Source: Octopus bimaculoides
Lineage: Eukaryota
DNA: 33,681 nucleotides
Direction of reading: 5' to 3'
NCBI RefSeq assembly: GCF_001194135.2
Contig: NC_068981.1
Location: 47,579,372-47,613,052 of the forward strand
Shown here in pieces: positions 11,703 through 24,268 of this stretch. A program made the translations under genes and the position numbers. Below the pieces are notes generated by a model. It had not been told where the DNA came from. It ran no database searches and worked only from the letters and a program-made list of their open reading frames with translations. Positions within the stretch are counted from its first letter, which is position 1. Each line of letters begins with the position of its first letter.

Positions 11703-11777
11703 GTTATATTTCTAGATAAATTCCTCTATTTTACATAATATCGAAGTCACATTCATTCTTTTGTTGTCATATTATTA

Positions 11778-11815
<38 letters not shown>

Positions 11816-11892
11816 NNNNNNNNNNNNNNNNNNNNNNNNNNNNNNNNNNNNNNNNNNNNNNNNNNNNNNNNNNNNNNNNNNNNNNNNNNNNN

Positions 11893-11944
<52 letters not shown>

Positions 11945-12699
11945 AATTAATGTACTATCAAAGAAGGGAATGCATTGATGAAGGAAATTCACTGCACAGT
12001 TGTTTGGTGATCCACAACTCCAGCAGAGATCATATGTTTAAGAACAAGTAAACAAACAGACGAACGTGTTAAATGGTATTACCTGCTTTGTTGAAAATGT
12101 TTGTGCTGTCAATTATGGTCTATGTTCAACATTAATACAATTACTTAATGTTACGCACACTCATTTCATCAGGCGAGCAGAGACAAAGAAGCTAGTAGAG
12201 ACATTGATGAAGCAACAAATCATCAACATGTGACACAACGTCTCATTATTACGAAAATTTAAGAAATGGAATTTGCGTTGGACTACAATATGTCAATTAC
12301 GAGTGTGGGTAACGGATTGAAATTGTAAATTAGAGACTTTCTAGTGCTATATTTATTCTAATTTTATCATTAAACTTTACATTCTCATTCATAACTGCCG
12401 ATACATAAAAAACACGGTTATATAGTAGCTGATCGTAGGTGTCCCTGATGACATTCGGATCCTATCACATATTCTAAGGCTACTGCTGGTATTACTGTAA
12501 AAAGATATTTTCTGAGTTTAATGTTCAGTACATTGGTAATGAGATGGTTAATAAATTGTGGCGCTATTTATTTATTTACTTGATTATTTTTCATTAAAGT
12601 GTTCCCATTAATTATTGGAAAACTGATACAGTATTAGTTTAGATAATGGGGAGTAAGCTATGTAGAATTCAGGCGGAAATAATTTGGGGAATAATGTAG

Positions 12700-13600
12700 T
12701 TTAGCCACACTCTCTGTAAAATTTTAGAGAAGAAGAAGAGACAAAATAGATGATGTGACATGAAGATAAATAATGGATATGTAGCGATAACCGGTATCAG
12801 TTGACAGCAATCATGACTTATATATGCTTAAATAGAAACAGCATAGGATAAATCAAATTGAGAAAGTGATGAACATATTGACAGGAAGACTTTATTAGTA
12901 TAAATAGATAAATGATCATACTGTACTAATAAATGTAGTTAAAGCAATAATCAGTGTCAACATAAGGATGTAAATTTGTGCATTTTTATCAGTTAAATAT
13001 CGAAATTTAAAGAGAACAGTTATCTTCATTCTCTATTTAGTTAGGTTTGAAGTAGTACAGATAGAGAAATAGAACCAATATTCTCGATAAATTTGCCGAA
13101 GAATCCCTGAAAACTAACGTCTCTATTAACTAATAGTGTTACAATATTATTGAAAATACAACAAACCAATCAGTCGGTAGTTCAATCACCCCAATAATGA
13201 TTTTAAAATTATAGCGGCTAATAAGAAAATATTGAAAAATATAGAAGAATTATGAAGAATAATAAAGGCCATAAATGTTAATAAATGTCAACATAATTTA
13301 CAGGATTATAACGAAATATAAAGCATTATAAAGTCCGTAAGACAAGGAGGATGACACAAATATTTCTTCAATCATCTAAGGCTAGAAGCAAATTGAGAAC
13401 AGTTATTAAATTTAATCATATAAAATATAAATTATTTGAAATTTACAATCATTGGTATCTGTCGTCAGGAGTCAGGTTAGGCAAAAGTTGCTTAGATATG
13501 ATGTTATGTTTATTAACAGTATTGATATACGCTAGGCTATCTAAATCTAGCCAATGTCACTTAATACTATTAATGAAGGTCTTATATCGTAAGGTTAATA
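12700..13600 (+). mobile_element. Possible highly decayed non-LTR (L1/Tx1-like) RT remnant
   Basis: IKSVRQG at ~13327-13347 plus weak echoes of upstream RT motifs in the expected order. Too decayed to be sure. Confidence 0.3.
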
Positions 13601-13739
13601 CTATGTATTTAGCAATAGATGAACTGAAGCATACCATTTCACGGAGAGAAAGCTGACCTGGCATAAATCTTTATTCTCTTGACCTATTATTAATATTTCC
13701 TTATATTTTAAGAATTTCAGAAATTGAAATGAATGCATA

Positions 13740-13781
13740 TGTATGTTCATGTAAATATATGTCTGTGTGTATGTATGAATG

Positions 13782-13812
<31 letters not shown>

Positions 13813-13840
13813 TGTCTGCGTGTATGTATGTATGTATGTA

Positions 13841-13870
<30 letters not shown>
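13740..13870. repeat. (GTAT)n/(TA)n compound microsatellite
   Basis: Direct reading; source of several spurious ORFs. Confidence 0.9.
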
Positions 13871-13872
<2 letters not shown>

Positions 13873-14649
13873 TCATACATGTATATATTCATACATGTAT
13901 GTGTGTGTGAGTGTTTGCACTCTGAAGCACATGTATTTTATATGGAGGCGTCTTCCAAACAGTGATTTGTGAATGGCACTCATTTTCTGAAGTAGCACAT
14001 ATATATGTTATTTGAACATTGATGCCAAACATTTGTGAGTTTCTGAAACGAAAAGGAAAAATCTCAACGGCTAGTGCCATAAAGTCAAGGGGATATATTA
14101 CTTCCGAACCAAAAATAATTATTTAAATATTGAAACTGAATTTATTTTTTATGATATTCAGAACGTAGACCGAAAACTGTAATGGTGCACAATTTCACAC
14201 ATATACGCAAACACATACAAAGGAACTCATAGGCACGCACATGCAAACTCCAACACATATACAATCATATGTTTTCAAAATTATAAAATTATAGTAAATT
14301 TTTAATTTGCAGGAATAGTTGCATCTCCACGATAGCATGCGCCTGGCACTAAAGAAATATTCTGAAATTATTCTACAAGTTCTAAGTGAAAAATATATGA
14401 AATTAGTTTTTTGAATGATATAGGAAAATATTGTGATACAATTTGGTACCGTTTCCTTGGAAAGTGCCTGACATTCATCGAAAAATAAATCTGATAAAAT
14501 ATTTGATGGTTAATTTCAGTTACATTCTCGTGAAATGAACCCTGTCTAATTTATTAGAATGCATTCTCTCAACTATCATACATATTGAGGAAATACTTTT
14601 ACATGTCTTGTGTGTACTGTTAAACTAGCATTATTATGAAAATCATAAT

Positions 14650-15100
14650 ATTACAAAATAAGCTCACGGCATTCTGCACCTATTCAACACAATTCAAGCC
14701 AACTCAAAGTTGGAGTTTAATTATAAACAAAATGTATATTTACCGATGACACGCATATTCTGAGCTCTACACAACACAGACCCTTGAATATGCTGCAAAA
14801 TCATTAAGTTTTAAATAGAGGAAAAATATTTAACAACATTGTGTGACAAGAAAGTATACATAATTATTCCTGAATATCAATTTAGCCAACAGTTTGCATA
14901 GCTTTAAGGAAAAAATTACTGAGAGAAAATTTCTTCAACATACATATAATGAATCTAAAGTAAGAACACAAAATGCAAGCTACACTGAAACTAAGCTTGA
15001 TCATACAGGAATTTTACACTAGACGATAATAAAATTGTTTTCGTTGTCGATAATATAACAAGTAGAGAAATCTCGTATATCTCAGGAAAGCATGAATCTT
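14650..15100 (+). mobile_element. Possible decayed Jockey/CR1-like RT remnant
   Basis: CIFTDDTHILSS..NMLQNH (~14733-14805) resembles the xFADDT..LQxHL segment; only weak support downstream. Confidence 0.3.
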
Positions 15101-17229
15101 GTCTTTGCATAAGTTACACTGATAACATGACTGAAGCTAATGCAACAATGAATAAAAACGAAGATTTCAGTAGGTCACTAATTTTATCTACATTTATCAT
15201 CCTCAACATAGGCATTTTATGACACACAGCAATATCCTCTCCTGTATATATATTGAACCCTTAAACACATGGACCAAATACACTCGTTGATAAATTTAAA
15301 TATCGTCATCTCAAATTTCATGTGTAATCAAAACCGCAAAATTATTTTACGAATAAGTGTAAATAATCCGTTAAACAAGTCGTATATTTAACGGAATAGC
15401 TGTTGTACAAGACATCAATAGACATTGCCCTGAGTCAAATATTAAAATTTAGTATGTTTGCTATTGAGGGAAATTGGCACGTTGCTGTCTGAAACAAACG
15501 AACCAAGCTTTGTAAATGCATCTACTACAGTAACCAAACATTTATGCATCACATCACACTATTTTGATTTTAGAAGCAATGCAGGTCACAATATATTTCA
15601 ATTTCTAACATTATATTCTATATTTCAGCCCTGCTATGCTTGTTCTTATTATGCACGGTGTAACACTGACGTTCACCTCCCTTGGATTTGTCTTTGACAT
15701 TCAGTCATCTCAGTGATATTCTTATTCTGAACCAGTGTCTGCTTTCAATCTGAAGGGGACAAATAATACAAGAACATTTATCTTACTCTCATGAATACGC
15801 TTAAAAAGCAGATCTGAACACAGACGACATTTTTTATATATTCAATAACTTAATGTAAATTTTTGTTTTGTTTTTTTAACTTTACTATCGTTCCTTTAGA
15901 TTCTCAGAGCCCACATTGAAATAATAGCTTCAGTTAATATATTTTTTAACACGGTATAGTTATCAAATGAGCCCACACTTCCCTCTAACTAATGAGGTAT
16001 TTTATTATGGTCATCTCGTCTGCTCTCATAAAAAACAATTTCTAGACCTGCAAATAATCTGAAAGGCTTCATAAAACGTGTTTGTGCTCCATAAAAGTGT
16101 ATGTTACTCTCATACTTCCTATTATTTTATATCAATTTCTTAAAAACAATAAGTTATGTACTATCAAATCAATCACATGAACTGAAAGCACATAAATATT
16201 TTCTTCATTCTTTTTTTAATATTCTGTTGAATTTATATGAAACTACAGACTTATGTTCCTTATTTTATCTAAGTACAAATACATACGCTATTCATGCACT
16301 GATCCTTGACAGCATGCGGGAATTGATATTACCGAAGAAAAAAAGTTTCTGAAAAAAAAAGTGCTTTGGTGATAAGCTGTTCAATTTCGAAATACATCTT
16401 GATTGTATTATATACAATTTCTTTCCAAGTAAAGATCAACATTTTTCTGGAAAATGAAAAGAAAATATTTCACATGATCCTCTTCAATGTTAATGGACAC
16501 ATTAAGAGATTAGTCTTAGACAGTTACAAAGAAGTATAGGAAACAATACTATACAAAGGAAAAGGAAAGTACTACTTATATAAAAAGATGACTAACCTAT
16601 CAAATGGAAAAGAAATAGATTGATTGATACAATGTACAATCGCCAATGCTAAAATAGATGAATATAATAAAACGTTAGTAGAAATCATTGTTTCGAAGTT
16701 TTGTAAGAACAATAGAAACAAAAAATGTATTTCAAAAGAAAGTTTTTGTACGATACATTTTACAGCAGTATTTTATTTTGTAAATATACGTACGCGTAAC
16801 ATATAATGGCGATGACTAAGTGAATACCAAGACCTTCTCTTTGTCAATTAGAAGTGTTCCACTTCCTAAATTGGGTTCTTGCGTTTGCAAAATATCTCAG
16901 CATCAAAGAAAAAGTAAAATCCTTTTCAATCTCTTTAATATATTAGCGTATGAATCCTGTTATTAAACATCAAAAACTAAATGAATCAGAATCGCAATTT
17001 TTTTCAATTCCAAATTGGTTATCATTAAATAAATTAGTATCACCAACTTGACATATACTCTTCAGTACATCTTTTTTAAGAAAATTACAGGCTTAGAGGA
17101 ATAATTATAGTGAAATATGTATTTTCAACTACCCTCTCTAAAATAGAATAACGACTTTAAAAATTTAGCGAATAACTACAGCTGGAGAAAAACTCCAAAC
17201 CTCTCCCATCATATACTAAATAGCGTCCT

Positions 17230-17500
17230 GAAATCTTTATTTTGTTGAATGTTTAAAAAGATATCTTTGTTTGTTATAAATCTACTATCCACTGAAATGA
17301 GTCGTGTTACCATCCTTTGTACAACTCCTTCCGTAAAATGGACCCACATCTTTATCTTTATATGTTTTCTTGCAAATTCTAATTTACAACAAATGCGACA
17401 GAGATGTCTAAGGCCGTGGAATAACCGTAAAGTTTGATAGAACTCCTGCTGCAAAATATAATGGACGCTAATATCAACAAGGGCGCTCTGCTTCAAATAA
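17230..17500 (-). mobile_element. Possible decayed CR1-like LINE C-terminal remnant
   Basis: EGVVQRMVTRLI in ORF 17209-17553 resembles the ExVQRRATRLI motif; a single motif only. Confidence 0.25.
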
Positions 17501-17781
17501 AAGCTGGTTAGTGACGGAACAATAGACGACATGCAAACCGTAATGATTTCCATTTTATATTTCTATTTAATTCGTTGATGGTTTAGCTGGCTACACAATA
17601 TTAAATTAATAGATCATCGGACTAATGCAGTAATTACTTAACGACAGTCAAAGGTGGAAATTTTATTTAATAAGGGAGATGTGTGTATAGAGTATTACTA
17701 CATACCTAAAGAACTACCATAAATTTATGAATGAAAACAGAAATTAGTGAAGGGCCCCCCCCCCAATATTTTGTTCATCCA

Positions 17782-17921
17782 TGTAGGATGTCTCCCAACC
17801 ACATGATATGGTTTCAGTCTCCCTGCGTGGCACTTTTAGCGCGTGTCTTCTATTATAACTCCAGGCAGACCAATGCCTTGTGAGTTGATTTGATACACGG
17901 AAACTGACCAAAACGTCCGTC

Positions 17922-17924
<3 letters not shown>
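17782..17924 (+). mobile_element. SINE family A 5' half running into (TA)n and a gap
   Basis: CCCAACCACATG..TTCAGTC..GCGTGGCAC..GTGTCTTCTA..GCCTTGTGAGT..GGAAACTGA..CGTCGTATATA is the reverse complement of the head region at 19330-19455. Confidence 0.8.
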
Positions 17925-17955
<31 letters not shown>

Positions 17956-18245
17956 NNNNNNNNNNNNNNNNNNNNNNNNNNNNNNNNNNNNNNNNNNNNN
18001 NNNNNNNNNNNNNNNNNNNNNNNNNNNNNNNNNNNNNNNNNNNNNNNNNNNNNNNNNNNNNNNNNNNNNNNNNNNNNNNNNNNNNNNNNNNNNNNNNNNN
18101 NNNNNNNNNNNNNNNNNNNNNNNNNNNNNNNNNNNNNNNNNNNNNNNNNNNNNNNNNNNNNNNNNNNNNNNNNNNNNNNNNNNNNNNNNNNNNNNNNNNN
18201 NNNNNNNNNNNNNNNNNNNNNNNNNNNNNNNNNNNNNNNNNNNNN

Positions 18246-18285
<40 letters not shown>

Positions 18286-18324
18286 TCGCCATGATAGGTC
18301 GCTGATCACTACACATATATATAC

Positions 18325-18435
18325 TTTTTTCTCTCCTTGTTTCTTTCTGTGTTTTCGAGCGTAGGCTCGAAACTTTAAAGACTTTCTCTATTCCCAAGCG
18401 TTATCCTAATACATCCATTTGTTGTTTGTTCAGTT
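18325..18435 (+). repeat. Family H3 repeat copy with destroyed hammerhead core
   Basis: Similar to the reverse complement of ~33400-33520. Keeps GAGC-GTAG-GCTC-GAAAC (18357-18373) and AAAGAC, but has CTGTGTTTTC in place of CTGTTGAA. Confidence 0.7.
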
Positions 18436-18658
18436 CCCATATATATTTTCTGCTCCAGGTCATGCCTGACTTAATAGCACTACCTGATGGGATTTGCTAA
18501 ATCTTGTTTAAGTGACACTTTGTGGCATCATGGCCGATTCAACTAGGTAGCTCTTGTTGAGTGACTTCTATCCAGGTCTCGATGGTTTATTCTGCTATTC
18601 TTTGAAAGAATTTTCCAAATTCCATTTAAATGTGATGGGATCGTTTTCTCTTTGAAAT

Positions 18659-18665
18659 GTGTGTG

Positions 18666-18746
<81 letters not shown>

Positions 18747-18790
18747 GCATACATGCATACATACTTACATACATACATGCATATATATAT
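18659..18790. repeat. (TA)n/(CATA)n compound microsatellite
   Basis: Direct reading. Confidence 0.95.
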
Positions 18791-19104
18791 AATATGCATG
18801 CAAATGTATACTAAAACATATATGCATGCATACGTATGTATGTGTTTACAAAGAGGCATAGGCAGTGAGAAAGTAGTTTTATGTGTTTAGATTTGTGTTT
18901 TCTAATTCGGCAAATCTTATTTTCAGCATTGTATTAAACACTACAGGGAACTTAGTGTTACGTGTTGTAATGCTTTATATCCTTGTTGACGAAAAACCGT
19001 GCTCAATAATGTAACTTTCTGCTGAGGACTTTTGAACGGTTAGAAGTGTATCATTCGAGTAGTCGGCTGACTTCAAATGATATAAGGTATCTTTTATGTT
19101 TTCC

Positions 19105-19455
19105 CTTTTACTTGGTTCAGGGATTAGACTGCGTGCATGCTGGAAAACCACCTTGAGGAGTTTTTAGTGGAATTATCGATCCCATTAATTAATTTTAAAG
19201 CCTGATACTTATTTTTATCGTTCTTTTCTGCCAAACCTCTAGTTACGGAGACGGAAACACACCAGCACCGATATTCATGCGGTGGTTGAGTGACAAACCC
19301 AAATACAAAGACACACACGCACACATAGTTTCTATCAGTTTCCATCTACGAAAACCACTCACAAGGCTTTGGTCGGCCTGGGCTACAGTAAAACGCATTT
19401 TGTTCAAAGTGGCACGCAGAATGACTGAACCCGGATTCATGTGGTTGGGAAGCAA
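19105..19455 (-). mobile_element. tRNA-derived SINE family A, near full length
   Basis: Minus-strand B-box-like CCGGGTTCAGTC at ~19423-19434, body shared with 17782-17924 and 6103-6325, internal CA-rich tract, 3' tail at ~19105-19150. Confidence 0.85.
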
Positions 19456-21171
19456 AAGCAGAAGTGAGCAGGGTTTTCATAGCAAAATTGTGGTCCCCCA
19501 CCTCAGTCCTACCACATGACTTAATGGTTTCATATACGCTCTAATTAGAAACGACAATGCGATCAAGGTTTTCTACATAATCACAGGTTTGTGGTGTCCT
19601 TTTTTGGGGTGGGTGGGGTGGTGGGCGATAAACCTAATTTTGATTAGGTGTTAATACTTTCAAAATATTATGATATTCATGAATCAGCATTATTATAAAA
19701 TGAGTGCGAGACTGAATTGGTATAGTATACAGTGAGAATATTAGGGACAACGATTTTATTTTCATGGGAAAAGGAAACACATATGTCAATGCAAGAGGAT
19801 TTTCGTGCCGAGAGGTACTATTGCTTAGAAAATCTTGGAAAGAACTTAGCAGAGAAGCTTACTTTTGTTTTCGAGATATTCTTAGGCGTAAAATTGTGAC
19901 AGCATTTTCAGAGAGAAGGTTTAGTAGAAAGCTAAGCCTGAAAACTAAAGAAAAGGAATGCATGAAATGTACATCAGTGTTAGTGGATGCAGAGGGGTAT
20001 GAGAATTGTGTAGGTGAAGTACCTGTGATCGTGAGGTACAATGCAGTGTTTATTTTAGAAGGAGTCACCAGGTCATAATGTCGTGATATTCATGAATCTA
20101 TGTCCATAGAATAATCAATGTTAAGGAATAGATGGACAAGGCTATAGAATTAAAGTGGATGGTGTCTAATCGCACTCGCATATGAACATGCATACACGCG
20201 TGTATACTCACCTAAACATATATAATCATACAAAATTCCTTATGAAAACGTGATAAAGTATGAATTTCAATAATATTTCATTTGCCATTATGATTAAATT
20301 TCTAAATTCCACTAATTATATGTTCACTCCATTTTATTTGACCCATAAATTTCATTATTTCCTTTGTTCATTAGTGTTCTCATAGGCTGACCTTATGAGC
20401 AATTAACCATTTAAAATTATCCATGCCATTACAATACCACTTTCCTCGCGTTGTCGCTTTCGAAATTCCAAGGTATTTTTTATTCAAAATTGAGTTTTCG
20501 CATCATAATAACTCAACAGAATTTAAGTAATATAAAATTTAATTATTTGAAGAATTTATTTAGTACTCTTTAAATAATAAACAATAGTAGTTATGAAAAT
20601 AATTATTAAAAATTAATGATCGTTTTATATTTTCATCCAAAACAATGAAGATTCATCAGAATCCCTCTAAATTCGTTTTTGTTTATCATCTGTGTGACAT
20701 CTTGTTTTGAATTAGACGACTTTCTAGAAACTGCTTTATTTAAATTCAAATGAAAACTTTAACAATGGGAAATAATATATTTGAATATATAACTGAAATT
20801 GCAGTAAGTTAAAGCAAATATTAACCAACGTTTTTCATTTAAATGCAAAGTTTTACCCACCAATATAGATTTTAATACTATAATTTACGTCACATAACTA
20901 TATAACTGTGCTATTTCTCCCAGGATATATGTGTGTATGTGCGTATTCGTGTATATGTGTGTGTGTGTGTTTGTGAGTGTATGGTGTGCGTGAGTGATCG
21001 CTTTTGTGTGTGTGTATGAGTGTGCATGTGTGTGTGCGTGCGTGTTTGTGGGTATGTGTGAAAGAATACAAACTCTACGAAAGATGACAACGGAAAGAAG
21101 AACAGAAAAAACGAAACAAGTAGTGGACATGATCAGCCCCCAACAGTTATCCTCACGATTTCGCATGAATG

Positions 21172-21208
<37 letters not shown>

Positions 21209-21738
21209 GCTCAAATCTATTTTTTTCTGGAGTCACATGGTGTTCCATTTCATGGACCCTCTTGTGATGTAATTTAAATTATATATATTTTATTTATTTT
21301 GCGCAATTCCAAATGTAATTTAATCCATGTATGTATCGGGATGTTTTTATTCGTAGTTTTCAAAATATGAATCTTATTCATTTCCTAATTTTAAAAAATC
21401 TTGTTGATTAGTATTGGTCGAATTCTGTGCATCAATATGTTCCGTTTTTCGTATTAGGAACAAATTGTAAATGCCTTTCGAAAGAGTATTTTATCGTTAT
21501 AAACAATTCATCTGTTTTAACATTTATACTTCTCATGACAGTAGATATTTCAGTTGAGGTATTTGCATTTAACCGATATGCTGGTGTCCACAATATATAT
21601 CATGATATTTATATCAGCAAGATATAGCTGAAACATTATTTGGTATATCCCGGAAGATAAAATTTAATACAAAATTCTCCCTAAAGCTTCTTTCATTTTC
21701 CAATGATTTCTGCGCGCTGTACATCATTCACATTCTAA

Positions 21739-21780
<42 letters not shown>

Positions 21781-21805
21781 GGCTGAATATTCTTCAAGCC
21801 CCAAC

Positions 21806-22353
21806 ATGAATGCCCTTTCTGATCAAGACATTGTCCAATAACAAGTGGAGAAATTGTTAACGTGCAAAGACCTCGAAATTGAAGTATGAAAGATATGGTG
21901 CATGAATTTGAAAATATAATTGGAGCATTAGCAATGATAAAAATTCATTGTACAAAAATGTAGAAGCTCTACCTCGATTCTCAGCATTACACACTAACCA
22001 AAAAATAACTCTGCTAGAAACAGGCAACATGCAAGACACTATTTAGTATTACAACCTAAACGAAAGAATCCACAAAGACGAGACATAATTTCTACAGCAA
22101 CTATCCAATCAAATAAATTTCCACCAGCCATCTGCCTAACCAACGCGTAATACGCGTGAACTGAACAGTAATACAACAACAAAACTGCAACACACCTCAA
22201 GTGAAAGAAAACTGACGCAATACAATACCGGGAAGTGTTTGCAATCTACCAACAACAAAAAAGAACACACGATCCTTCACACACGCCAGCAACACGGAGC
22301 TGTAGCAGGTGATGCAGTAGAAATATGTCTGAAACGAGCAGATGTTGAACACT

Positions 22354-22355
<2 letters not shown>
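21806..22355 (+). mobile_element. 3' end of an RLE-type (R4/Dong-like) non-LTR retrotransposon with presumed 3' UTR
   Basis: LSDQDIV..EKLLTCKDLEIEV*KIW..IIGALAMIK..QKITLLETG (21806-22046) matches the KYxDLxxEI..W..IIGALG..QK..LLGT C-terminus of RLE LINEs. Followed by (TAA)n. Confidence 0.75.
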
Positions 22356-22398
<43 letters not shown>

Positions 22399-22415
22399 GA
22401 TAATAATAATAATAA
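22356..22415 (+). repeat. (TAA)n microsatellite between the R4/Dong-like element and the H1 repeat
   Basis: Direct reading; a few TGA variants. Confidence 0.95.
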
Positions 22416-22539
22416 CATCGAAAAAAGAAATTTCCCCATGACACCTGATGAAACCTGAAGGGTATATCAGCCGAAACGTTGTGTTAACACAAAACAGGTG
22501 GAGGGCAAATATCCGTCAAATGTAAATAATGTAAATAAT
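22415..22539 (+). repeat. Family H1 hammerhead-bearing repeat (internally deleted)
   Basis: Colinear with 25402-25548 but missing ~27 nt upstream of GAAATTTC. Confidence 0.85.
22441..22484 (+). ncRNA. Minimal type I hammerhead H1-a (helix II base damaged)
   Basis: ACAC-CTGATGA-AACCTG-AAGGGTATAT-CAGCC-GAAAC-GTT-GTGT. Helix I is ACAC/GTGT; GG changed to AC removes two helix II pairs. Confidence 0.8.
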
Positions 22540-24268
22540 AGTAAGTACATTAAATCCATACTGTTGAAAATATTGAGTAATACGTAGCTGAAAGAGAATT
22601 TGCTATCATACGTAATCTTTTATCGAAAAAAAAAGAAAAGAAAAAAGACGATGGCAACTTCTCTATCTTATGTGTAGCAGGAATTTTCCTCACCCTCTCA
22701 GGTGCAAAAACAACACTAACTGTATAAATAACATAGAATACACTCATCGTATCCATTAATCTGTTGAAGTCATTACTAATGTATTACACACCGAGAGTAC
22801 TACTTCATTGTCCACTAGATAAATTGTCGTAAGTCAAAACTGAGGTAGGTGTATGTTCTCCCATAGGGACAAGAATCACAGTAATGTACATGTCAACAAA
22901 AGAAATCAGACTGACGCGAATATATGAATATATGATATTGACATGGTGCGTGGACAAAGTGATTTGTGTAATACACGATGCAGCAGCTATTGATACATTC
23001 TTAAGCGTCTTACAAAATCTCTCTAGAAAGTGTAACATGTAAAACAGTACAAATAAATTCTTTAAAACACTATGACAACATTTCTAGATAGAACTATTTT
23101 GATGAAAAATAACAAATACATCCTGTCTACTTGCAACGAAAACTGAAATAAGTACATATAGTTATATGGAGACCATGATTATACAGACAAAAATGTCAGT
23201 CATAAATCCCTACTTAGAAAAGATTTTAGATTCTCTTCCACAAACAAGACTGAAGAAAAAGCAAAAAAGAAACTAACAAATACCACTCAACACTAAAAAT
23301 AAATTTTGGAAAGTAATATAAGATGCCACAGAACAGGCATTAATACAACACCAATAGATATAATGTGTAATGATGCCGTAAACAGTAAAATGTATTATTT
23401 AGTACCATAATAGCTCAGCTCCGACATAACTGATAAAAGGCGTGCAGCTCGATGCCATCTTTTACGGTTTTATATCAAGGCTTAGTAAGTATAATTTTAC
23501 GAATGCATGGGGAATTATTCTAGGATCAGGTATTCTAATATGAAAAGTTCTCAAACATACCGATGCCTGCAACGTTCATAATAAAGTTACATTATTGTCA
23601 TATACCCTTCCTTTTTAGGATTGTAGGGTATATTTTCAAGGAAAAGTTCATACTACCGTTCTGACCTGCAATAAGCCAGTAAATTTGAATTATTTAGCAA
23701 AGTCTTATGAATGAGAACAATATCAAAATGTGATTTGTATTGTCAGATGTGCGCTTGAGCTTTTTCCTGATGTAACGGCTGTAACTTGGTGACATAATAC
23801 GTTTTACATGTTTTAAGTTTGTATTATCACTCTCAGGGTTATATCAATCTTTGCATATATTATGTATAAAGTATAAATACTTTCGACAGTATGAAGTGGT
23901 AGCTATTAATGAAGAAAGAGATAACATATATTGTATACAATCTGTGAAAACTTATATCTAACAATAAAGGAAATCTAAACAAAAAAAGTGAGAATCGTTT
24001 AAAATACCGGTATAAACTCTCTACAGATTTTAATTATCTATAGCGGTTGCCGGCCACATTTTACGGTGAGAATGGGGAATTTTAGTCGATTTCCTGAAGC
24101 TGTTTCCACCTTGCTTCTGCTGTATTTCAGATTTTCTACATTTCTGAAGATATTTCATCTAAATCTGTGATTCAATGTTGGTTAGTACATTCGCATGCAC
24201 GCATACACATACACACACACACATACACATACGCACACACACGCACATACTTATATATACAAACTCTA

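Noticed and set aside
12140-12180. Minus-strand CTGATGA-AATG..CATT
   Set aside because: A helix II-like pairing exists but is followed by AAGT rather than GAAA, and there is no helix I or III.
12451-12480. CTGATGA followed by CATTCGGATCC
   Set aside because: No GAAA arm or helix I partner; a chance heptamer.
15615-15715. Possible acceptor (TTCTATATTTCAG) followed by hydrophobic PAMLVLIMHGVTLTFTSLGFVFDIQSSQ*
   Set aside because: No partner exon or homology recognisable; needs RNA-seq or BLASTX.
17744-18397. Long ORFs in the track (also 1805-2206, 30188-30472, 31786-32274)
   Set aside because: They are kept open by N-gaps and (TA)n/(CA)n tracts and are not coding.
20625-20665. Minus-strand CTGATGA-ATCT..GGAT-GAAAA
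   Set aside because: No helix III partner and no helix I complement to upstream GGGATT.
22290-22345. GTGATGC..GAAACG in the R4/Dong-like UTR
   Set aside because: Two core mismatches and no convincing helices.
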